In this document: piece by piece, positions 57,350-64,000 of the stretch | Layout of the letters: the number at the start of each line of letters is the position of its first letter | Numbering within the stretch: the stretch's first letter is position 1 | Origin: Eubacteriales bacterium | GTDB taxonomy: Bacteria > Bacillota > Clostridia > Oscillospirales > CAG-382 | Assembly: GCA_045541355.1 (NCBI GenBank) | Contig: JAZQIW010000071.1 | Coordinates: 7,795 to 71,794 of the forward strand | Reading direction: 5' to 3' | Length of the DNA stretch: 64,000 nucleotides | Program-made: the position numbers and the translations under genes | The notes under the pieces: generated by a model | Database searches by the model: none | Seen by the model: the letters and a program-made list of their open reading frames with translations, nothing else | What the model was told of the DNA's origin: nothing

Positions 57350-57391
57350 ATGCAAAATGCAAAATGCAAAATGTAAAATGTAAGGTGCAAA
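57350..57391 (+). repeat. heptanucleotide tandem repeat (ATGCAAA x3, ATGTAAA, ATGTAAG, GTGCAAA)
   Basis: Read directly. It begins at the base after the pduL stop codon. Confidence 0.9.
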
Positions 57392-57475
57392 GTGATTTGG
57401 GAATTTTGTTCCGAAAAAAACGTTTTCAAGTAAATTGAAATAAAGATTTTCAAATAAAGAAAGGATGTAGAACAC

Positions 57476-58168
57476 ATGAATTACACATCAGAAGTAAATG
57501 AAATGTGCTGTGTAGCCAAGGGTCCTCATCACGGTCCCGCGCCTATCCCCGAAGAAGGCAGATGGGTACAGGCTAAGGAAATTTCCGATATATCCGGTTT
57601 TACACACGGTATCGGTTGGTGCGCACCTCAGCAGGGTGCATGTAAGCTCTCCCTCAACGTAAAGAACGGTATCATCGAAGAAGCACTCGTTGAAACAATC
57701 GGTTGCTCCGGTATGACACACTCTGCAGCTATGGCTGCTGAAATTCTTCAGGGTAAGACAATCCTTGAAGCACTTAATACAGACCTTGTTTGCGATGCTA
57801 TCAATACAGCAATGCGCGAACTCTTCCTCCAGATTGTATACGGACGTTCACAGTCCGCATTCTCCGAAGACGGTCTTTCCGTAGGCGCAGGTCTTGAAGA
57901 CCTTGGTAAGGGTCAGAGAAGCCAGGTTGGTACAATGTACGGCACAAAGGCTAAGGGCGTAAGATATCTTGAAATGGCTGAAGGCTATGTAACAAGAATG
58001 GCACTTGACGAAGACGATCAGGTTATCGGTTACGAATTCGTAGCACTCGGTAAGATGACAGACTTCATCAAGAAGGGCGATGACCCCAACACCGCATACG
58101 AAAAGTCCAAGGGCACATACGGCAGATTCGATGATGCTGCAAAGTACATCGATCCCAGAAAAGAATAA
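57476..58168 (+). CDS. IscU/NifU N-terminal-like Fe-S scaffold-fold protein with a C-terminal extension of about 100 aa
   Basis: aaaggatg RBS. Spacing ACKLSLNV..G.I.EA.VETIGCSGMTHSAAMAAE...GKT..EAL ... LVCDAI mirrors the three-Cys IscU pattern. Confidence 0.6.
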   Translation: MNYTSEVNEMCCVAKGPHHGPAPIPEEGRWVQAKEISDISGFTHGIGWCAPQQGACKLSLNVKNGIIEEALVETIGCSGMTHSAAMAAEILQGKTILEALNTDLVCDAINTAMRELFLQIVYGRSQSAFSEDGLSVGAGLEDLGKGQRSQVGTMYGTKAKGVRYLEMAEGYVTRMALDEDDQVIGYEFVALGKMTDFIKKGDDPNTAYEKSKGTYGRFDDAAKYIDPRKE

Positions 58169-58187
58169 TCGAGGGAGGTAAATAGAA

Positions 58188-59186
58188 ATGGCATTATTTG
58201 AAAGCTACGAAAGAAGAATTGACAAAATAAATGCAGTTCTTGCCGAATACGGTATTAAGTCCGTTGAGGAATGTAAAGAAATCACCCTCGCTAAGGGTAT
58301 CGACTGCGATAAAATCGTAAGAGAAACACAGCCTATCTGCTTTGAAAATGCAGTTTGGGCATATACAGTAGGTGCTGCTATTGCAATCAAGAAGGGTTGC
58401 GTAAAGGCAGCAGACGCAGCTGCTGCAATCGGTATAGGCCTTCAGGCTTTCTGTATAAACGGCTCTGTTGCTGAAAACAGAAAGGTAGGTCTCGGCCACG
58501 GTAACCTCGGCGCAATGCTTCTTTCCGAAGAAACAGAGTGCTTCTGCTTCCTTGCAGGTCACGAGTCCTTTGCAGCTGCTGAAGGTGCAATCAAGATTGC
58601 TCTTAATGCTAATAAGGTTAGAACAAAGCCTCTCAGAGTTATCCTTAACGGTCTCGGTAAGGACGCTGCATTCATCATTTCCAGAATCAACGGCTTCACA
58701 TATGTAAAGACAGAGTTTGATCCTGCTACTGAAGAAGTTAAGATTGTAGATGAACACGCATACTCCAAGACAGCAAGAGCTAACGTTCGTTGCTACGGCG
58801 CAGACAGCGTTCCCGAAGGCGTTGCTATCATGAGACTTGAAAATGTTGGCGTTTCCATCACAGGTAACTCCACAAACCCCACAAGATTCCAGCATCCCGT
58901 TGCAGGCACCTACAAGAAGTGGTGTAACGAAAACGGCAGAAAGTACTTCTCTGTTGCTTCCGGCGGCGGTACAGGTAGAACGCTCCATCCCGATAACATG
59001 GCAGCAGGCCCTGCTTCCTACGGTATGACAGATACAATGGGTAGAATGCACGGCGACGCTCAGTTCGCAGGCTCTTCTTCCGTTCCTGCACACGTAGAAA
59101 TGATGGGTCTCATCGGCATGGGTAATAATCCTATGGTAGGTGCTACAGTTGCAGTGGCTGTTGCTGTTGAAGAAGCGTCTAAGTAA
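58188..59186 (+). CDS. GGGtGRT-family protein (function unknown)
   Basis: gggagg RBS. 332 aa. Eponymous motif GGGTGRT encoded at 58962-58982 within SVASGGGTGRTLHPDN, followed by a Gly/Met-rich C-terminus. Confidence 0.7.
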   Translation: MALFESYERRIDKINAVLAEYGIKSVEECKEITLAKGIDCDKIVRETQPICFENAVWAYTVGAAIAIKKGCVKAADAAAAIGIGLQAFCINGSVAENRKVGLGHGNLGAMLLSEETECFCFLAGHESFAAAEGAIKIALNANKVRTKPLRVILNGLGKDAAFIISRINGFTYVKTEFDPATEEVKIVDEHAYSKTARANVRCYGADSVPEGVAIMRLENVGVSITGNSTNPTRFQHPVAGTYKKWCNENGRKYFSVASGGGTGRTLHPDNMAAGPASYGMTDTMGRMHGDAQFAGSSSVPAHVEMMGLIGMGNNPMVGATVAVAVAVEEASK

Positions 59187-59275
59187 TTCCTTGATTTTCA
59201 AGGCTTTTGGGACTTTTTGAAAATTCCTTAAAGCATCGAAAAAAATCCGATTACTGAAATTAAATATTAAAAAAG

Positions 59276-59327
59276 TTGGACACATCATTTGTGTATTTTT
59301 GCATGGTGATGTGTCCAATATTTTTTT
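59276..59327 (+). terminator. rho-independent terminator
   Basis: ttggacacatca-(19 nt)-tgatgtgtccaa, a 12-bp stem, followed by a T-run. Confidence 0.8.
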
Positions 59328-59348
59328 GCATATAAGGGGGATTTTTCG

Positions 59349-59462
59349 ATGAAAAAGATTAAGATGAAAAGAGGAACAACGCTCACTTTCGAAGAGGGCT
59401 GTGATAAGTATCTTGAGTACTGCAGACAGAGGAATTTAAGAGAAGGAACTATAAGACATTAA
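59349..59462 (+). pseudogene. 37-codon remnant of a tyrosine recombinase/integrase N-terminus
   Basis: MKKIKMKRGTTLTFEEGCDKYLEYCRQRNLREGTIRH then stop. This resembles the SAM-like N-terminal domain of clostridial phage-type integrases. No catalytic domain follows. Confidence 0.5.
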
Positions 59463-59776
59463 TGCAGGATAAAATCAATCAGATTTGTACAAGTAAATAA
59501 AGTACTTTGGGCGGATATTCCGTCCTTTTCTTTTGTCATTGTATAAGATTCACCCTTTTATAGTGCCCTTTCAAAACTTGTAAAAAAACGGTAAAAATAG
59601 CTATTGTTTTATGTTTGTTTATTGAAAAAATGTTCTTTGTTTATTGATTTTTCTGTAATTATATGATATACTGGAATATAAAATCAGGCGGACTATACAT
59701 TTGTGATGTTAAATGGTGTATAGACGGATGATATTTTATGTTAAAATTACTATCTTATGAAAGAAGATGCATGTAG

Positions 59777-62074
59777 TTGGCAATAACCTACGAAAGAAAA
59801 AAACAAAGACAAAATAACATTGTTTATACCGTTGTTACGGCGGTATTGATATGTGCCGTTTTCTTGGCAATGGTTACGTCTTTTTATATAAAGGCAGAAA
59901 ATGATGCCTATGAGATGCTCCACATCCAGACAAAGCAAATTAAGGATCATCTTGAACTGCAGCTGGAGTCTGATAGAGAAAATCTTGTAACAATGGCAAA
60001 CTTTGCCTCAAAGCTTTATACTAACGGGGAAAGCTATGATATCATGTTTGAGTCCTTCAAGTCCATAGGTCTCATATCAAATATCGGTATTCTTAATCCG
60101 GATAATACTTTTGTTACCAAAATGGGAGAACTTGATCTTAATGGTATTATTTCCTTTGAAGACGAAGCTGCAAGGGGAGAGTATATAAGCGGCAGAATTC
60201 CCGACCTTACAGGCGCAGGCAAAGATATTGTCAGAAGTGCTGTGCCCATTAAAGTAAACGGTGAAACGGTTGGAATTCTTTACGGTGTAATTCAGCTTGA
60301 TGTTATAGGCGAAAAGTATAATGCTATGGCAAAAGAGCTTAATGCTCAGCTTTTTGTATATGATAAAGAAACAGGAAAATTTGTTATTGATACCATTAAT
60401 GATAAACCGGGTGAACTGTCAGACTTTAAGGATAGAGCTTATAATGATGACTATTCTTATGAAGCTTTGGCACAAGGCAATAAGGGATTTTCTTCATTTA
60501 AGTCAATCATTACCGGTGAGGATTTGTATATCCATTATTCTACCATTGAAGATTTTGACTGGGGAATCATACTTGCCCGTTATGAAACACAGGTTTTTGA
60601 GGAAACACATAAGATTTCATATAGTGTTATGATAATTTTTGTAGTGATTATTCTCATTATGGCTGTATATCTTGAACTTATACTTAAGAATGAAAAGAAC
60701 AGGGCAAAGTTGAATTCCGAGTCTTCTTCAATAAGACACCTTCTCCTTGAGATTAACCAAAACCATGAAAATATAAATACGGCTCTTAAGAGAATAAAGG
60801 AATTTTCAAGTGCACGTTCCTGCTTTTTCGCCGATACCGATGGAGAGTACTATAACTATATCAAACCCTCGTTAAAGGAAAAAGAGATAAAGGGCGAGGA
60901 AAAAACATATTTAATAGGCGAGTTGTTCAGATATGCGGCAAATGTGCATACAGACAGCCTTGTGACAGGCTTTATGCAGATTCTCCCTAACGGACATCTT
61001 GCAAAGACAAATCCCGAACTTTACGAATTTCTTACCGGGCATGATATCAGAGATATATCCTTTGCAATTATCTCTGATAAAAATAATCATGTAAGTATTC
61101 TCGGTACAATTAACCCTAAAAAGAGCATCTTTATAAGTAAGCTTATCGGCGATGTTGCAGTATGCTTCTCAATTGCTATTTATAATAAGAAACACCTTAA
61201 TAAAACTGAACTTGCCGCAACAACCGACTCTCTTACGGGAGCAATGAACAGGGTTGCTTATAAAAAGGATATTCTTGTATTTGATGAAGAAAATCCTGAA
61301 GATTTTTCGTGCATTTATATTGACGTAAATGAGCTTCATATCAGAAATAATAAGTACGGTCACGCCGCAGGTGACGAAATGCTTATCTTTATTGCAAACT
61401 CCTTGAAGGAAGTGTTCTACGGACAGAGCATTTACCGCATGGGCGGTGATGAATTTCTTGTATTTGCAAAGAAAATATCCCATGACGTTGTCAAACAGAA
61501 TATTGAGACCTTTGTAGAGCAGCTTAAACCCAAAGGCTATAATGTTGCAATAGGTATGTCCTTCAGAAGCTGTAATATCAACTGCGAAGAAATGGTTCGT
61601 GAAGCTGAGATAAGAATGTATGAAGCAAAGGCTTTGTACTATCAGAATAAGGAACAGCCATCGGTTTCTGAGGATTCAAATACGAATTTCAGCCAGATGA
61701 AGACAGGTATCAGAGAAATTGATACAATGATTTCCGTGCTTAAAGAACACTATAACGGCATATACAGAGTGTCTCTTGATACCGACAGTGCACAGGGAAT
61801 TCTTATGCCTTCATATCTGGGCTACGGTGAAACTGATACAAGCTTTTCAAATGTGCTGAAAAAGTATATCAGTGACTATGTACATCCCGATTTTCACCGT
61901 GCAGTTACCACTTTCCTGAACTTTGATGCAATAAAACGTCAGTTGCTTGACGGTAAAGCTGTGTCAATTACATATAAAAAGGTAAACGGAGAAACAGTAA
62001 TTCTCAGTGTACATAATCTTGATGATAACAGCGGTGATGTAAAGGATACTCTTTGGGTATTCGCAAGAGAATAA
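59777..62074 (+). CDS. membrane sensor diguanylate cyclase (Cache-like periplasmic domain, TM, GAF/PAS-like domain, GGDEF, extra C-terminal domain)
   Basis: Two TM segments flank a roughly 250-aa extracytoplasmic domain. GGDEF core YGHAAGDEML ... YRMGGDEFLVF. The TTG start at 59777 is uncertain. Confidence 0.8.
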   Translation: MAITYERKKQRQNNIVYTVVTAVLICAVFLAMVTSFYIKAENDAYEMLHIQTKQIKDHLELQLESDRENLVTMANFASKLYTNGESYDIMFESFKSIGLISNIGILNPDNTFVTKMGELDLNGIISFEDEAARGEYISGRIPDLTGAGKDIVRSAVPIKVNGETVGILYGVIQLDVIGEKYNAMAKELNAQLFVYDKETGKFVIDTINDKPGELSDFKDRAYNDDYSYEALAQGNKGFSSFKSIITGEDLYIHYSTIEDFDWGIILARYETQVFEETHKISYSVMIIFVVIILIMAVYLELILKNEKNRAKLNSESSSIRHLLLEINQNHENINTALKRIKEFSSARSCFFADTDGEYYNYIKPSLKEKEIKGEEKTYLIGELFRYAANVHTDSLVTGFMQILPNGHLAKTNPELYEFLTGHDIRDISFAIISDKNNHVSILGTINPKKSIFISKLIGDVAVCFSIAIYNKKHLNKTELAATTDSLTGAMNRVAYKKDILVFDEENPEDFSCIYIDVNELHIRNNKYGHAAGDEMLIFIANSLKEVFYGQSIYRMGGDEFLVFAKKISHDVVKQNIETFVEQLKPKGYNVAIGMSFRSCNINCEEMVREAEIRMYEAKALYYQNKEQPSVSEDSNTNFSQMKTGIREIDTMISVLKEHYNGIYRVSLDTDSAQGILMPSYLGYGETDTSFSNVLKKYISDYVHPDFHRAVTTFLNFDAIKRQLLDGKAVSITYKKVNGETVILSVHNLDDNSGDVKDTLWVFARE

Positions 62075-62088
62075 CGGAGGATTTGTAC

Positions 62089-62469
62089 GTGATTCTTCAG
62101 CTGATAAAGTTTGCAGTAGTGGGCGTTATTGCAGCAGTTGTGGATGTAGGGGTGCTTGTTGCACTGAAAGAGCTTTTGCATATTGATGTTCTTGTCGCTT
62201 CGGCACTTTCCTTTACTGCATCTGTTGTGGTTAATTACATATTAAGCATGAGCTTTGTGTTTAAAAGCAAAAATCGAAGTAAGCTTCGTGAATTTGTGCT
62301 GTTTGTGCTTCTCAGCATCGGCGGACTTTGCCTTAACCAATTCATTTTGTGGGTAGGCGTAAACTTTACGAAGATTTACTACCTTGTAATCAAATTCCTT
62401 GCCATGGTAATTGTGCCCGTGTACAATTTTGTAACAAGAAAGATTTTTCTTGAGTCCAAAGAAAAATGA
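62089..62469 (+). CDS. GtrA family membrane protein
   Basis: acggagga RBS then GTG at 62089. About 125 aa with four TM segments. LIKFAVVGVIAAVVDVGVL N-terminus is typical of GtrA. Confidence 0.7.
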   Translation: MILQLIKFAVVGVIAAVVDVGVLVALKELLHIDVLVASALSFTASVVVNYILSMSFVFKSKNRSKLREFVLFVLLSIGGLCLNQFILWVGVNFTKIYYLVIKFLAMVIVPVYNFVTRKIFLESKEK

Positions 62470-62478
62470 GTGTGAATT

Positions 62479-63021
62479 ATGAATAGTATCTTCAAAAAAG
62501 ACCTTTACCGCTACTATGGTGAAAAAGGCGAGCCTTTCCTTAAAAGAGTGTTCCGTCCCTTGGAAATTAAATACATAGCAATGTTCAGAAAGGCAAATAA
62601 ATGCTCTTTTTTGCCTCTTAAGCTTTACTATATGTTGAGACTTAGACGCCTTTCGGCAAAGACACATATACAGATTCCTGCACGCACAAAAATCGGAGAA
62701 GGATTTTATATCGGACATACGGGAAGAGTTATTATAAATCCAAATGCGGTTTTGGGTAAGAACGTGAATCTTGGAACAGGTGTTACAATCGGTGCTGAAA
62801 ACCGTGGGAAAAGAAAAGGTGCTCCCACGATTTCGGATAATTGCTGGATAGGAACCAATGCGGTTGTTGTGGGGAACGTAAAGATTGGCAGCGATGTTCT
62901 TATAGCACCTCTTGCCTATGTTAATTTTGATGTACCCGACCATAGCATCGTTGTGGGAAATCCTGCACGAATAATTGAAAGAGAAAATGCTACCGAGGGA
63001 TATATTGATAACCGTGTGTGA
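62479..63021 (+). CDS. left-handed beta-helix O-acetyltransferase (serine acetyltransferase-like, polysaccharide-type)
   Basis: Hexapeptide repeats IGEGFYIGH.GRVIINPNAVLGKNVNLGTGVTIG ... IGTNAVVVGNVKIGSDVLIAP. Confidence 0.8.
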   Translation: MNSIFKKDLYRYYGEKGEPFLKRVFRPLEIKYIAMFRKANKCSFLPLKLYYMLRLRRLSAKTHIQIPARTKIGEGFYIGHTGRVIINPNAVLGKNVNLGTGVTIGAENRGKRKGAPTISDNCWIGTNAVVVGNVKIGSDVLIAPLAYVNFDVPDHSIVVGNPARIIERENATEGYIDNRV

Positions 63022-63064
63022 TGTTTTCGGTAAAACGCAGTAAGTACTTTTCGGAGGTGAGAAC

Positions 63065-64000
63065 TTGGCTTTTAAGGATTCAAGAATAAAGCATAACCTG
63101 ATGTCGTCACTTGTGTATCAGGTAGTTCTCATATCCTTGAGCTTTCTGCTTCCGAGACTGTATCTTGAAAACTTCGGCTCAGAGGTAAACGGTGTACTTT
63201 CCACAATAAAGCAGATTTTTACATACCTGTGCCTTCTTGAAGCGGGCGTAGGACTTGCCACAACTCAGGCACTTTATAAGAGAATAGGCGAGAAGGATTA
63301 TGAAAGTGCAAGTGCCGTTCTTTCAGCAACCCATTCCTATTATAAAAGAACAGGCGTAATATATGCTGCAATAGTCCTTGCAATTGGGGTGGTGTACGCA
63401 TATTTTGTTCCCACATCAATAGACAGTAATGTGCTGTTTGTTATGGTAATATTAAATGCAATCCCTTCGCTTTTCAACTATTTTGTGCAGTCAAAGTACA
63501 GAATCCTCATGGAGGTTGACGGCAGAAAATATGTAATAAATAACTCGGAAACATTTTTACAGCTTGCATCAAATGCAGGTAAGATATTGGTGCTGTTTCT
63601 CACAGACAGCCTTGTTCTCATACAGCTTGTGTATTGCGTTATAGCACTTTTTCAGCTTGGCTTTCTTTATTTTTACGCAAAACGCAGATATACATGGCTG
63701 GACCTTAAGGCAAAGCCTGATTTTCAAGCAATATCACAGAAAAACTCGGTGCTTGTGCATCAGCTTTCGGGAATGGTGTTCAATAATACCGATGTAATAC
63801 TTATTTCCGTTCTCTGCGATTTTAAAGCGGTAAGTATTTATGCAATATATAACATCTTCTTTTCACAGGTGCAGAACTTTATAACAAGTGTTGTTTCTTC
63901 TTTTACCTTTGCACTGGGTCAGATGTTCAATACCGACAGAGAAAAGTTTGATAAGCTGTTTAATGTTTACGAAACCTTTTATATAACCGCAAACTTTATT
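63065..64000 (+). CDS. polysaccharide flippase (MOP/Wzx-like), 3' end outside the window
   Basis: ggaggtga RBS then TTG at 63065. The frame stays open to the window end. Multiple TM segments and an N-terminal pattern typical of oligosaccharide flippases. Not in the ORF track because no stop codon is reached. Confidence 0.55.
   Translation, partial: MAFKDSRIKHNLMSSLVYQVVLISLSFLLPRLYLENFGSEVNGVLSTIKQIFTYLCLLEAGVGLATTQALYKRIGEKDYESASAVLSATHSYYKRTGVIYAAIVLAIGVVYAYFVPTSIDSNVLFVMVILNAIPSLFNYFVQSKYRILMEVDGRKYVINNSETFLQLASNAGKILVLFLTDSLVLIQLVYCVIALFQLGFLYFYAKRRYTWLDLKAKPDFQAISQKNSVLVHQLSGMVFNNTDVILISVLCDFKAVSIYAIYNIFFSQVQNFITSVVSSFTFALGQMFNTDREKFDKLFNVYETFYITANFI

Noticed and set aside
58194-59318. 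374-aa ORF on the minus strand covering the whole GGGtGRT gene
   Set aside because: It is antisense to a plus-strand gene that has a strong RBS and a conserved family motif. Its translation is Cys-rich, of odd composition and motif-free, with no RBS. It is a typical shadow ORF.
59349-59462. Prophage or integrative element at the integrase-like ORF
   Set aside because: Only 37 codons remain. No catalytic domain, phage or conjugation genes, flanking direct repeats or tRNA target are visible.
59463-59560. 26-codon minus-strand ORF (MTKEKDGISAQ...) with an aagggtga RBS-like sequence next to the integrase remnant
   Set aside because: It is too short, has no recognisable homology and lies in degenerate AT-rich scar sequence. 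It cannot be supported from sequence alone.

Overview
Chromosomal window from a spore-forming Firmicute of class Clostridia. PolC, SpoIIE, SLH domains and a cohesin/dockerin protein point to an Oscillospiraceae/Ruminococcus-like gut or rumen anaerobe; composition looks AT-leaning by eye. I support about 40 CDS, nearly all with Shine-Dalgarno sites, several consensus sigma-A promoters and many rho-independent terminators. I found no rRNA, tRNA, CRISPR array or intact mobile element. Core genes are tcdA, leuA, a DUF815-type ATPase, rseP-ispG-polC, a SEDS (FtsW/RodA) gene, spoIIE and rpmE. Five accessory blocks are interleaved with them. (1) 1.1-5.3 kb: a secreted protein carrying both a cohesin and a dockerin. 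(2) 8.2-18.8 kb: a three-gene surface operon with two giant SLH proteins built from tandem Listeria-Bacteroides repeat modules. (3) 19-21 kb and 40.9-56.2 kb: leaderless glycan-processing genes. These are GH95, two tandem roughly 1000-aa WbsX/GH99-like paralogs, a GH109-like oxidoreductase, a second Gfo/Idh/MocA oxidoreductase, two TIM-barrel isomerases and three AraC regulators, with no transporter in the window. (4) 56.4-59.2 kb: an operon of an ASRT-fold protein, PduL, an IscU-like protein and a GGGtGRT-family protein. This is my best candidate for an undescribed system. (5) 59.8-64 kb: a Cache-GGDEF cyclase next to GtrA, an acetyltransferase and a flippase. Other points of note are a RecB-nuclease/XPD-DinG helicase fusion, a hairpin-dense intergenic region, a heptamer microsatellite, a PolC tail with a duplicated clamp-binding motif and a 37-codon integrase remnant. 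All family assignments come from motif recognition by eye and memory. None has been confirmed by a search.
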